DNA from: Histomonas meleagridis 2922-C6/04-290x
Lineage: Eukaryota; Protista; Parabasalia
Length of the DNA stretch: 64,000 nucleotides
NCBI GenBank assembly: GCA_020184695.1
Contig: JAANOX010000004.1
Coordinates: 1 to 64,000 of the forward strand
Direction: 5' to 3'
The translations under genes and the position numbers were made by a program. Under the pieces are notes generated by a model. That model was not told where the DNA came from and did not search any database. It saw only the letters and a program-made list of their open reading frames with translations. The stretch's first letter is position 1, and the number at the start of each line of letters is the position of its first letter. Shown here piece after piece: positions 36,421 through 48,795 of this stretch.

Positions 36421-38478
36421 TTAATTGGCTTGTACATCGAAATCTTCAGCGAATGGATCGTCGGCTGCTTCGTTGTAGAGTGGGTTCTCATAGTTAACTG
36501 TTGCATCTTTCTCAACATGCTGATTGTATCCTTCGCCAATTTCTTGCACTGGTGGTTTGGATCCAAATTTAAGAAACACTGCAACGGCTGCGGCGACAAT
36601 GGCAACAACACCTACTGCAACACCGCCGGCAATGTAATACGTCATGTTCTTCTTTTGTTCTTCTTCATATTGCTGTCTGAGCCATTCTGAGTATTGGTCT
36701 GATGATAAATATGGAGGGAATGAACGCGATGGAGAACGCGTGGGTGTTGCCATTGGCGACTGTGATGGTGTTGCCATTGGCGATTGAGAAAGTGATGGTG
36801 AACGTGTTGGCTCTAGTGGGGATTGTGTTGGTGTTGGATGTGGTGACTGCGATACGGAAGGCGATGCTGATGGTGATGCTGATGGTGAACGTGAAGCTGA
36901 AGCTGATGGTGAACGTGAAGCTGAAGCAGATGGCGATGGTGATCGCGATGGTGTTGCAGCTGGGACTGGGATTTTAACACTTGCAATATCACTTACTTTA
37001 CCTGCACCATCAACAGCAGCAACATAAACAGTCATTCCATTAGAGATTTGTTCAGAATTAAGTGGGATGAAAGTGCTTTTTGTATCAAGTGTCAATTGAT
37101 TTGTACTAGTAATAGTTTTATCTGTAATTGCGTAAATGTAATGATCAACTCCTGTTGTAACAGTTACTTCTACTTCATCTGATGTAAGATAAGGTTTTGT
37201 GAAATCATTTCTGTTGTATGCTTCAACTTTAAATCTGTATTTAGATCCTTTATCAGTACTTTCGATTTCTACACCATATTCGTTTGGTTTATATTTCAAA
37301 TCTTGGATTGTTGGCGCTGCATTATCTTGTGATGAATGATCTTCTGCAAATGTGTATGTAGTTCTTTGGTTTAAGTAGTATATTGTGTTTGCGATAACTT
37401 TTCTTTCATCTTCTGTTGAGTCACAATTACTGTGACCTGTTTGAATCATAGCTGTGTTGTCTTTAGTTGTAAGATAGAAGTTATGTTTGAGACCATATTT
37501 ATCTTCGGTAACTGTGTCTTTGTTAAATGTCATCCAAACATCGCCAATGACTGCTTGATATGTTGTGTGTGCTTCTGGAATTGTTAAAACAGTTCCGGTT
37601 TTCCCAATTTCATATGGATAGTTTGTTAATAAGCCTTCACGTTGGATAGAAATTGTTTTAGATTTAATCATTTGATAGTATGGGGTACCTGTAAAGCCAT
37701 TACCTGTGTAAGTGTTATCAACAGGTTTTGCATAAATTCCAAATTTTTCTCTGATGGATAATAAACTTTGGGGACCGGAACTAAATGAAAAATCTTGTGA
37801 AATGGAGTCGTGGCCTGTTAAGAAACCATACCCTTTCTCAATGTATGGAAGAATAAAATTCTTGGCTGTAGTTGTTTTGATAGAATAACCAGAGTTTGCA
37901 TCCCATGTTCCAAATACAATTACTTCATAGTCATAAATAAAGCAGTCATCTGAACCAACTTTACATTCACTACTAATTCGACTTTCGAAAGTATTGATAG
38001 AAATTGGATCAACATATATAAGTTGTTCTCCTGTGGTGGTGTCTACACCGTAAGGATCAAATTTTTCCGTATGACCACTTTCTCTAATATAACCACCTTC
38101 CATCCAAACTTTAAGAGCTGCTGATTTCGGCAAATATTCTTCTTTTGCATTTTCATCTGTGCCAAACTTAAAATAGACCTTGTAAGAATTATATTGGCCT
38201 TGATTATTGGCAGCTTGACCTTTATTGCCATCAAATTGACTTGGATAGATATTCAAGACGTTAACTCTTGAACCTTTCAAGTATGTACTTATTTGCTTCC
38301 AATCAGTCCATTCATCATCTTCGTAGCTTTTTTGGAATAGCTTATAAAAAATTGATTGATCAGAAAGATTTGTCCATGAAAGATATGTACCACCTTTTCC
38401 ATTTGCGTAAGAGGTATTAACTGTCGCTGTTATTTTTAATGATTCTTCATAGGTAAGAGAAAGAAGAAACAAAAACAT
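36421..38478 (-). CDS. Single-pass surface protein with bacterial-type ectodomain, paralogue 1
   Basis: Signal-like N-terminus; VLNIYP, LKVWMEGG, VIVFGTWDAN, GYGFLTGHDS, TAMIQTGHS; Pro/Ser stalk; TM segment; tail YENPLYNE..DDPF. Confidence 0.9.
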   Translation of the reverse strand: MFLFLLSLTYEESLKITATVNTSYANGKGGTYLSWTNLSDQSIFYKLFQKSYEDDEWTDWKQISTYLKGSRVNVLNIYPSQFDGNKGQAANNQGQYNSYKVYFKFGTDENAKEEYLPKSAALKVWMEGGYIRESGHTEKFDPYGVDTTTGEQLIYVDPISINTFESRISSECKVGSDDCFIYDYEVIVFGTWDANSGYSIKTTTAKNFILPYIEKGYGFLTGHDSISQDFSFSSGPQSLLSIREKFGIYAKPVDNTYTGNGFTGTPYYQMIKSKTISIQREGLLTNYPYEIGKTGTVLTIPEAHTTYQAVIGDVWMTFNKDTVTEDKYGLKHNFYLTTKDNTAMIQTGHSNCDSTEDERKVIANTIYYLNQRTTYTFAEDHSSQDNAAPTIQDLKYKPNEYGVEIESTDKGSKYRFKVEAYNRNDFTKPYLTSDEVEVTVTTGVDHYIYAITDKTITSTNQLTLDTKSTFIPLNSEQISNGMTVYVAAVDGAGKVSDIASVKIPVPAATPSRSPSPSASASRSPSASASRSPSASPSASPSVSQSPHPTPTQSPLEPTRSPSLSQSPMATPSQSPMATPTRSPSRSFPPYLSSDQYSEWLRQQYEEEQKKNMTYYIAGGVAVGVVAIVAAAVAVFLKFGSKPPVQEIGEGYNQHVEKDATVNYENPLYNEAADDPFAEDFDVQAN

Positions 38479-39904
38479 GATTTGACATTTGACAGCTTTG
38501 ACAGAAAAATATAAACAACAATTTTATCAAAGATGATGTACTTAAACTAGTATAATTGCAATAATAATATATCATTGTTAATTTTATATATAATTTCTGA
38601 ATAAAATTAATGTATATCATAATTTTGGTAAGATATTTATATTTTTGTTATGTAAGGAAACTTTTAACAGTTCCCACAAAAGCTGTTTAACAACCCAACC
38701 GAAACCGTTTTGAAAAAATATAAATATCTTAATATACCACTAAGACACATGAAAATTGGATTTTTATATCATTTGAAAATATTCATATATAATAAATTTG
38801 ATATATAATGGTATGATTATAGTTTGAAAATAATATAAATACGATTTTATTCATTTGCTTTCTTTCTCATTTTTCAATATAAATCAAAATTTCAAAAGTA
38901 AGTGCGAAGAATAACCGATAAACCTCTGAATTTCACCACGTTGTCGGCCTCAAGGTTTTTTCTAGGGAGCTTGAACACAAAAAAGTGACTTTTTGTACGT
39001 ACTCCAACAAGAAGTTATAGGAAAAATTTTTACTTATAAGCACAAACTCATTAAATTTGATGCCTCATTCTATAATATTACCGGTTTTATTAACCAAAAT
39101 TATATATTTTCTTTAAATCTCGTAATTTTGATTCGAAATTTAATATTGAATTTATATATATTTCTTATTTTGATGTTTAATTGACCGTGTGGCGTGTACC
39201 ATGTCATCATCGTGTTGTTTGCTTAAAGTGTAATAATTTAATGTATCCTCGAATGAATTTGGAGCGGCAAACGGAACAGCGAGAAATCCCCGCTAAAATG
39301 TATTCAAAAAGCAGAATAACATACAATACTTCATCAAAATACAACTCAAAAAGCTTTGTCGTTTAACGGTCATTGGTTACGCGCTCCTGGCTGTTCAGGT
39401 TAATTCAAACAAGAACGACCACCCACTGGTGACGTATTAAACTCTCAGCAGTTTGGTGCGCGCCATAATTGTTCGTTGAGGATCTATTCATTTATTTAAT
39501 ACACCATATTTAGATACTTGATACTCATTCATTAATACAACTTTAAATATTATTTATTCTTTTGATGCTCATGTACTTATTCAATACCCCCTATTTAGTC
39601 ATTTAATCCATCTTCCTCATTCATAATAATTTTTTGGATCTTCTTTATTCATTTAATAAATTTTGTTTAACCATTTGCAAGTTAATGTGCTTCAATTATT
39701 TGCTATCATTAGTGCCTCGTTTGGTTGTTCGTGCCTCATTTAACCCATTTATTCAAGTAATAAAATTAGAGAACAATTATCACATTCCTTTCCGAACATG
39801 TGACTCAGCTGTAAGTGGCGCACGGAAATGTTAAACTGAAACTTAATCAAAAACAAATTCCCAAAAATCCCTTTTTATTGTCGAAGAAAATTTGGTATAA
39901 ATAT

Positions 39905-41923
39905 TTACTCGTCATCGAAATCGTCAGCGAATGGATCATCTTCTGCTTCGTTGTAGAGTGGGTTCTCATAGTTAACTGTGGAATCCTTTTCGACGTGTTG
40001 GTTAAATCCTTCGCCAATTTCTTGCACTGGTGGTTTGGATCCAAATTTAAGAAACACTGCAACGGCTGCGGCGACAATGGCAACAACACCTGCTGCAACA
40101 CCACCGGCAATGTAATACGTCATGTTCTTCTTTTGTTCCTCTTCATATTGCTGTCTGAGCCATTCTGAGTATTGGTCTGATGATAAATACGGAGGAAATG
40201 AACGCGATGGAGAACGCGTGGGGTCTGGTGATTCTGTGGGTGACTTTGTGGGTGATTGTGATGGTGACTCAGTTGGTGAACGTGTTGGTACTAATGGCGA
40301 TGGCGAACGTGATGGCGTTGGTGAACTTGATGGCGTTGGTGAACGTGATGGTGATGGCGTTGGTGAACGTGATGGCGATGGTGAACGTGATGGTGATGGT
40401 GATCGCGATGGTGTTGCTTCTGGGACTGGAATAGTATACTTTTTAATTTCCCCAACGTTTCCTGCTCCATCAACAGCCGCAACAAACACATTCATTCCGT
40501 TTGACACTTCCTTTGAGTTAAATTGAATGTAATCATCTTTTGTTGAACTTGTTAAATCGTTAACAGTAACACTGTTCTCACTTGTTATTGTATAAATGTA
40601 ATGATGAATTCCTGTGGAAACAGTTATTTCCTTAATGCCTGATTCAGCATAAACTTGATCATTAGATCTCGTAAGTGCTTGAACTTTGAACCTGTATTTA
40701 GATCCTTTATCAGTGCCATCAAGGTAAACTCTATATGTTGCTTCATCAGGTCTAAAGTTAAATGTTGGTGCTTCGTAATCTTGTGATGAATGATCTTCTG
40801 CGAATGTTTCATAAGTTCTTTGGTTTAAGTAGTATATTGTGTTTGCAATAACTTTTCTTTCATCTTCTGTTGATTCACAATTACTGTGACCTGTTTGAAT
40901 CATAGCTGTGTTGTTTTTAGTTGTAAGATAGAAGTTATGTTGGAGACCTGCACCATCTTTTTCTGTATTCGTATTAGTTCCCAATGTCATCCAAACATCG
41001 CCTGTTGTTGCTTGTGAGTTTGTGTGTGTTGTCGGTATTGTGAGAACTGTTCCAAGATCTCCAATTTGGTATGGATAGTTTGTTAATAAACCTTTGCGAA
41101 CAATGGTAACAGTACTTTCTTGAATATATTTATAATTAATATTTCGATTATTATAAGTATTATCTGTGTAAATAGATTTAATTCCAAAAAGATCTCTGAT
41201 TGCAAGTAAACTTGTTGCCTGATTACGAATATAGAAGTCATGCGCGATTGAATCATGTCCAGCTAGAAACCCATAACCTTTCTTGATGTAATTTGTCACT
41301 GCACCTTGGGCTGTTTTTGTTGAAATTCCATAGTAAGAGTTGGCATCCCATGTTCCAAAAACTATAACGTTGTACTTGTATAGGAACTCTTGATCATTTG
41401 CTTTATCTTCAAAGTCATTAATTGATATTGGTTCTACGTAAATTAGTTGTTCACCTGTAGAAGAATCAACACCAAAAGGTGTAAAATGTGTCACATCATT
41501 ACCATCTTTCATGATACCACCTTCCATCCAAACCTTTAAAGACGCGGATTTTGGCAGTGTATGCCATGTATTAGTCCCTTCTTCATCCTTATATTGGAAC
41601 TTAACATCGTGAGTAGCATAAGCATCTCCATCCCATTTAGATCTCTGACCTTTGTTTGAATTTTTATTGCTTGGATATATATTTAAAACATCAACACGTG
41701 TACCAGATTTATATGTGCTTATTTGTTTCCATGAACCGTATTTGCTATTATCGGTATCATAACTTTGTTGGAAAACTTTATAATATATGTCTTGATTTTC
41801 AATTTTTGACCAACTCAAATATGTACCACCTTTACCAGATGCATATGAAGCATTAACTTGAACATTTAAGCTAAGAGTTTCAAGAGCTTGACAATGAGCA
41901 AGGATTATCGAAACCACAAACAT
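39905..41923 (-). CDS. Single-pass surface protein, paralogue 2 (672 aa from ATG 41923)
   Basis: Same motifs and architecture as 36421-38478. Confidence 0.9.
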   Translation of the reverse strand: MFVVSIILAHCQALETLSLNVQVNASYASGKGGTYLSWSKIENQDIYYKVFQQSYDTDNSKYGSWKQISTYKSGTRVDVLNIYPSNKNSNKGQRSKWDGDAYATHDVKFQYKDEEGTNTWHTLPKSASLKVWMEGGIMKDGNDVTHFTPFGVDSSTGEQLIYVEPISINDFEDKANDQEFLYKYNVIVFGTWDANSYYGISTKTAQGAVTNYIKKGYGFLAGHDSIAHDFYIRNQATSLLAIRDLFGIKSIYTDNTYNNRNINYKYIQESTVTIVRKGLLTNYPYQIGDLGTVLTIPTTHTNSQATTGDVWMTLGTNTNTEKDGAGLQHNFYLTTKNNTAMIQTGHSNCESTEDERKVIANTIYYLNQRTYETFAEDHSSQDYEAPTFNFRPDEATYRVYLDGTDKGSKYRFKVQALTRSNDQVYAESGIKEITVSTGIHHYIYTITSENSVTVNDLTSSTKDDYIQFNSKEVSNGMNVFVAAVDGAGNVGEIKKYTIPVPEATPSRSPSPSRSPSPSRSPTPSPSRSPTPSSSPTPSRSPSPLVPTRSPTESPSQSPTKSPTESPDPTRSPSRSFPPYLSSDQYSEWLRQQYEEEQKKNMTYYIAGGVAAGVVAIVAAAVAVFLKFGSKPPVQEIGEGFNQHVEKDSTVNYENPLYNEAEDDPFADDFDDE

Positions 41924-43588
41924 TTTTTGGAACAAAAACCGCAAAACCACAAAAAACAAATAAAAATTTCTAGGCTAAAATAATATTTATCGGGTATTGA
42001 ATATAAATATATTATTTAATCATAATATTCTAGATAAATACAAATTATAAAAGTATAATATTATGTATTTAATAAGATAATTATGTTTTTATTTTTTTAT
42101 TATTATAATTATCATATTTTTGTATTCAAATTTGAATACACCAATATAACGTTATATTTTCAATATTCTGAAAATAGTTATAACTTTCATAAAGTGTTAG
42201 AATGATAAATATTCAAAATTCTGAGTTGTAACTCGCCAAAAGCGTTTAAACAAATTTTAACCTAAACGGGCGGTTTATTTGTTGTTTAAATTCTGTCAAA
42301 ATTCAACTCAGAAACATGAACAAGCAAGATTGATGAAATTTTAATATAAAATGTGAAGACTAATAATAATTGTAAACTATCCAAGTAAGTTATAATATCT
42401 ATTATAATCGGATTAATTTCTGATAATTGCGGACATCGTAAAAAATAATCAATTGAATATTCGATTTTTTTTTATCGAAACGTTTTGAAAAATCGATTTT
42501 GTCGATAAAGTGACATGTTCCGATGATTTTACAAGTTTTGAATTGCTTGAGTTGTTATCCTGTCAAAAGTCGTTGAAACACTTCACCTCTCATGCTGTCA
42601 CTTTCCGAAAGTGTCGCTGGGATTTGTGGGGACTTGAGTGTTCGCCTCATGTACGGTTATCATTATAGAAAAAGTGGTAAAATTTGAATGTTTTGAGTTA
42701 AATATGTAGAATTTTTGATTGGATAAAATGGCATTTTATTTATATAAAAATTTAATGAATTCGAAATTTATACACCCTGATTTATTTCAGATTTATTTTT
42801 CGTATCATCCTATTCTCGTTTAATGTTCTTTAACAAATTGCTCTTAAATATAAGAATAGTACCATATTTTATATAGATTTCACTATTTGAAAAAATAGAC
42901 ATGTCTATTTTATTAACTTTGAGAAAACAATAATAAAGAAAATAATATTATTGATTTAAAAAACATGAATATTCAACTACAGATTACACACTCAATCAAA
43001 AATAATGAAAACAAAAAATAGAAATGATTAAAGTTATAACCGAAAAATAATCTAAATCAATTTTTATGAGCAAGATGGAAAAAGCTTTAATTTATGAATA
43101 ATCAATTTTTCTAATATTTTGATTCTCTCTTTGAATTCTATATATAATATTTCGATTGGGTAACTTCATTTAATGGTCGTAATCTGTATTTCCAATAAGT
43201 CAAATTTCTGTGAGAGATAATATAAATAATGTAAGAAAAAATGAAAAGACATATATAGAGACTGATTAAAATCAAAGTTTAATATAATTATCGAGTTTAT
43301 TAAAAAAAAGGAATTAGGAATCAATAAACAGGAAAATCATTGTACTTATATATATAATTGTGATTGACATATATAATAAGAAAGAAATTATTTAACTGTA
43401 ATTAAAATACTTTTGATTTACGCTATTATAAAAGAGGAAATAAAATATTTAAAGTATACAATTTATAAATCATGGATTTCTATTAAATAGTAATTATAAA
43501 AATTCACAGAGACTGTGCGATGTGTTGTTGTTAGCAGTCCCTTGTTTGACTGTAGATGTTTTGTCTATCCGAAGAAAAAGTAAAAATA

Positions 43589-44583
43589 CCCTGATGCACT
43601 GAAAGATCACCCTTTTTTGTATGATAAGGCAAAATAACGTATTTTTTTGGAAATTTTTCTTCAATATCTCTAAATTACGAAATCATCCAAATGTGAAAAT
43701 TTAACAAACAATTTCCCTTATTATAATGAATAATTTAACCTTGAAAGCTTCTAATTTATTAATATTTTTTTCTATGAAGTAACAATTATGTTTCTCACTT
43801 TTTAATGGAAATCAACACTTATTTAATATAAAAAATATTTTTCAACTATAATCCTTTTCATTGCCAAAGTTTCGGGTAAAAATAAGAAATTCATAATTAT
43901 CAGATATGAAAGGAAGTTAAAACTCAATGATTTTTTTAAAATTATTTTTTCAATTTTGGAGACTATATTTATGAACTTATGTACTTTATTTAATCTATAT
44001 TTCAAATCAAAAATTAAAATTTGTACAAAATTTTTTTTTATTAAGCAATTTGTTTTTTGCATATATCTTTTTTTATTTTCAAGAATTTCCTCTCAATTTT
44101 TGACATTTTATATATTCCTTCTTTCAAGTCTTAAAATTTTTCAAATTAAATCAATCATTCTACTTAGGGGTTGTTTTCATTACTTGGCCGGCTAAATAAC
44201 GTTTGAATACGAATATTTATATTGTTTTTGAAAAAGTTACTTGTATCGATACAAGTTTTAGATATTATCATTATTTACCTGGCACTTGATCAAATGTTCA
44301 GTAATATTGATTTCAAAGATCATGATCAATTAATTATATTTAAAATTGATATCAAAGATGTTTTTCATAATAGCAAAGGTTTTCCTGTTTAATGGCTCCC
44401 TCTCTTGATTTCCGGATAAGTCAGTTCGACTTAAATATAAGTTATATGCCATTTTAATCGAGCCAAGCTCAAGGTTCTTTAAAAAATCATCATAACGAAT
44501 GGTACGGTTATAGTTATGTATTGTATAGTTTATATTTGTAAAGCATTTAACTCAAAAAAGGGTGATCTTTTAGTGAATAAGGG
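43589..44583. mobile_element. Non-autonomous TIR element (MITE, Tc1/mariner-like TA target), 995 bp
   Basis: 31-bp TIRs CCCTGATGCACTGAAAGATCACCCTTTTTTG (43589-43619) and 44553-44583 match 28/31; TA on both flanks (43587-43588, 44584-44585). Confidence 0.82.
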
Positions 44584-46221
44584 TAAACATAAACATTATT
44601 TCTTCAATAAGATCTTAATAAATGAGTAAAATACAAAAAAATTCGAAATACCATTAAAGTACATATTATATTTGAAAATTTTTATTTTATAATGTAACCT
44701 GATTATTTTTATTACATAAGAAAATAATTGAGATTTTCCATTTTTTGAAGACATTTTTTTTAATTATTTTTGGAGTCAAGGTGCGATACTCTTTGCTTTA
44801 ATGTGCCATAATTTCATCCCTTAAATAATTATCATAATATTATACGAAAACACCCAAAAATGAAAGAAGTGCCTCTCAATTTGGTCCAAAAGTGAAGTGA
44901 TAAAAAAATTAAAACATGCAAATTTCTTAAAAATTATTGAAACATATTTAAACCAAAATATTATTAACTATTATCATTAAGTTTATATATATAACTAAAA
45001 TGCAATTTTTGAAGTATATAACGTGCTATAAGTAATATTCAATTTTTTTCAATCAAAATCATCATTTTCAAATTATCTTTAAAAGGTAGCAAAATTTTGA
45101 TATTGCAAATATATGTAATGTGCAAATATATATATATGTCTTATTATAAATAAATATGGTGTTATTTTTTTTATTCAGATATAATGAATATATTAGAAAA
45201 ATTTCATCTGAATTGGAAAGATTTAATAATTTCAGAAAATCAAGAATGATAAAATATTGAACTTTTGTTTACATCGACCAACGATCACATTAAAAATTTC
45301 TCGAAAAGAATGTTTTTTGTTCTTGATCTAAAAATTTTTTTTCTCCCAAATCTATAGATTTGTGGGGACAAAATGTAGCATAAAAATATAATATTTTGGC
45401 AAATAGGATCAATGGTATAGAAAAAAGAATCTAATTTTCCTTGAAAACTGCATGATTTGACTAGGTATGCTTTATAAAAAAATCACATCACTATAAATAA
45501 ACCCAACAATATTTTCCCATTGTCAAAAAATGGGTGTAAAACGTTCAAAAAATGAAGAAAATTGAATGAAAAATCATACTTAAGATTTCAAGAACTATCA
45601 TTCATAAAATATGATATACAATCAAAAATGTTTAAGATTTACCTTCAAAAATATATTTTTGAAAAAATTGATTTCGAAATTTCCATTTTTTTCTCAATTT
45701 GAAAACAGATTTTTATTTAAATAATGATAAGGACTTAATAAAAATTAAAAAATTCATTAGAATATGTATATTTTCTCAGTTTGATGAACTCTCTTAGTTA
45801 GTTTTACTAATGTTATACCAACAGATATATGTTATAAGAATGGTGTTAATGATTGTATTTATTTTATACTGGTAAGAAAATTCATCATTTCATCATCATT
45901 TTATGTGTTTAGTATTTATAATAATGTTAACATTAATAATAATCGATAACATAATGTTGGTGTGATTGAGCTTCTGTTGTTGTGTTTGTCGCATTAAGTA
46001 ATACAGATGCAAGTGAAGGATTTGAGGATGGACACAAACGCAAAAGGCGCTGAATTAACTTTTTGTGAGTAAATTTGAATTTAGAAAACGTTTGGCTGTA
46101 ATGTTTGTTCACTTCGTTTTTTGGGCGGCCAAAGTCTTTATTCTCACAAAATATATTTTGTTTTTGCAAAAAAAATTCCAAAAATCCCTTTTTATTGTCG
46201 AAGAAAATTTGGTATAAATAT

Positions 46222-48285
46222 TTACTCGTCATCGAAATCGTCAGCGAATGGATCATCTTCTGCTTCGTTGTAGAGTGGATTCTCATAGTTAACTGTGGAA
46301 TCCTTTTCGACGTGTTGGTTAAATCCTTCGCCAATTTCTTGCACTGGTGGTTTGGATCCAAATTTAAGAAACACTGCTACAGCTGCGGCGACAATGGCAA
46401 CAACACCTGCTGCAACACCACCGGCAATGTAATACGTCATGTTCTTCTTTTGTTCCTCTTCATATTGCTGTCTGAGCCATTCTGAGTATTGGTCTGATGA
46501 TAAATACGGAGGGAATGAACGCGATGGCGAACGCGATGGAGAAGCTGATGGTGATGCAGAGGCTGACGCTGATATTGAACGCGTTGGTGATTCTGAGGGT
46601 GATTCTGTCGGTGAACGTGTTGGTACTAATGGCGATGGCGAACGTGATGGCGTTGGTGAACTTGATGGCGTTGGTGAACGTGATAGTGATGGTGAACGTG
46701 ATGGTGATGGTGATGGTGAACGTGATGGCGATGGTGAACGTGATGGTGATGGTGATCGCGATGGTGTTGCTTCTGGGACTGGAATAGTATACTTTTTAAT
46801 TTCCCCAACGTTTCCTGCTCCATCAACAGCCGCAACATAAACATTCATTCCGTTTGACACTTGCTTTGAGTTAAGTTGAATGTAATCATCTTTTGTTGAA
46901 CTTGTCAAGTCTTCAACAGTAACACTGTTCTCACTTGTTATTGTATAAATGTAATGATCAATTCCTGTGGAAACAGTAACCTCAACTGAACCTGATTCAG
47001 CATAAACTTTATCGTTAGATCTCGTAAGTGCTTGAACTTTGAACCTGTATTCAGATCCTTTATCAGTACCATCAAGGTGAACTTCATATGTTGCTTCATC
47101 ATATCTGATATTAACTGTTGGTGCTTCGTAATCTTGTGATGAATGATCTTCTGCGAATGTTTCATAAGTTCTTTGGTTTAAGTAGTATATTGTGTTTGCA
47201 ATAACTTTTCTTTCATCTTCTGTTGATTCACAATTACTGTGACCTGTTTGAATCATAGCTGTGTTGTTTTTAGTTGTAAGATAGAAGTTATGTTGGAGAC
47301 CATATTTATCTTTTTCTGTATTTGCATTAGTTCCCAATGTCATCCAAACATCAGCAGTAGTTGCTTGGTTAGTTGTATGCGTACTTGGGATTGAGAGAAT
47401 AGTGCCAAGATCTCCAATTTGGTATGGATAGTTTGTAAGTAATCCTTTGCGAACGATTGCAACCTTATCTTTCTGAATAAATTTATATTCAATTTTTTTA
47501 CCGTTGTAGGTTGAATCTACGGTATCGACTTTAATACCAAAAAGTTCTCTGATTGCAAGTAAACTTGTTACTTTTCTGTTAACATAAAAATCATGAACAA
47601 TAGAATCGTGTCCAGTTAAAAAGCCATAACCCTTTTCGATGTATGGCTTTATATACCTTGTGACAGTATTCGTTGTAATTCCATAATGAGAGCTGGCATC
47701 CCATGTTCCGAAAACAATGACTTCATAATCATATATAAAGTTTGGGTTTGATTTGATTTTGTTTTCAAATTCATTAATTGAAATTGGGGTAACGAAAATT
47801 AGTTGTTCACCTGTAGAAGTATCAACACCAAATGGTGTGAATTCAGTTGTTTTTGTTCTTCCCCAATCATCTGTTTCTTTTATTTTCCCACCTTCCATCC
47901 AAACCTTTAATGCAGCAGACTTTGAGAGTCTATGCCATTTGCTTTCACCTTTATATTGAAAATCAACCTCATGCGTCCGATACTGAAGATGGTTATAAGA
48001 GGTTCTTTGACCTTTATCTCCATCAATCTGACTTGGATAGATATTTAAAACATTTACATGAGAACCTGTTTTATATGTACTAATTTGCTTCCAAGTTGAA
48101 GCCCATACACCATCCTCATCTTTGTTTTGCTGATAAACTTTATAATAAATGTCTTGATTTTTGAGATCTGTCCACTTTAAATATGTTCCACCCTTTCCAG
48201 CTGCATACGAAGGATCAGCCGTAACTTCTAATGTTAATTTTTCTGCTGCTTGCCCATGAGTAAGCAAAAGATATAACACGAACAT
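46222..48285 (-). CDS. Single-pass surface protein, paralogue 3 (687 aa from ATG 48285)
   Basis: Same motifs; TM and tail region nearly identical to paralogue 2 at DNA level. Confidence 0.9.
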   Translation of the reverse strand: MFVLYLLLTHGQAAEKLTLEVTADPSYAAGKGGTYLKWTDLKNQDIYYKVYQQNKDEDGVWASTWKQISTYKTGSHVNVLNIYPSQIDGDKGQRTSYNHLQYRTHEVDFQYKGESKWHRLSKSAALKVWMEGGKIKETDDWGRTKTTEFTPFGVDTSTGEQLIFVTPISINEFENKIKSNPNFIYDYEVIVFGTWDASSHYGITTNTVTRYIKPYIEKGYGFLTGHDSIVHDFYVNRKVTSLLAIRELFGIKVDTVDSTYNGKKIEYKFIQKDKVAIVRKGLLTNYPYQIGDLGTILSIPSTHTTNQATTADVWMTLGTNANTEKDKYGLQHNFYLTTKNNTAMIQTGHSNCESTEDERKVIANTIYYLNQRTYETFAEDHSSQDYEAPTVNIRYDEATYEVHLDGTDKGSEYRFKVQALTRSNDKVYAESGSVEVTVSTGIDHYIYTITSENSVTVEDLTSSTKDDYIQLNSKQVSNGMNVYVAAVDGAGNVGEIKKYTIPVPEATPSRSPSPSRSPSPSRSPSPSPSRSPSLSRSPTPSSSPTPSRSPSPLVPTRSPTESPSESPTRSISASASASPSASPSRSPSRSFPPYLSSDQYSEWLRQQYEEEQKKNMTYYIAGGVAAGVVAIVAAAVAVFLKFGSKPPVQEIGEGFNQHVEKDSTVNYENPLYNEAEDDPFADDFDDE

Positions 48286-48795
48286 TTTTTTGAACTCAAA
48301 GTTCAAATAGAAAAACAAAAACTCATTTTTCTTGCTAAAAATTTATATTATTTATTTATAATTGATAGAATATAATCAAGATAATGGATTATATATAAAT
48401 ATAAATGATTATATAATAATATCATGCATTTAATGAAATAATTTCATTTTAATTTTTTTGGCTGACTAAATAACGGTTAAAAATTTCAAAAGGCATTGAA
48501 TTTGATTCAAATTTTTTGGTTGAATGTAATTTTTCTGATGGGACATTGACATTTGACAAATTATTTATGATTTCTGAATGTGACGTTAACGGTTATTAAA
48601 AACAAAACAATCAAAAATTTACTTTTTCATAAGGAAGTGATTTCAATTAGCTCCTCAATAATTGTGTGAAATCATCCACAAATTTACTGTTTGTCTGAAT
48701 TTTGAATAATTCATGACTTTGTGCAATGATCCAGACCCAATTCGTTATTCATCATATAAAAAAAAGGAATTTATTATTGTTTACAATATTTTTTG

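Noticed and set aside
36357-36977. Overlapping ORFs around the 3' ends of the three surface-protein genes (also 39815-40526 and 45933-46844)
   Set aside because: Antisense or alternate-frame shadows of the repetitive stalk, TM and tail.
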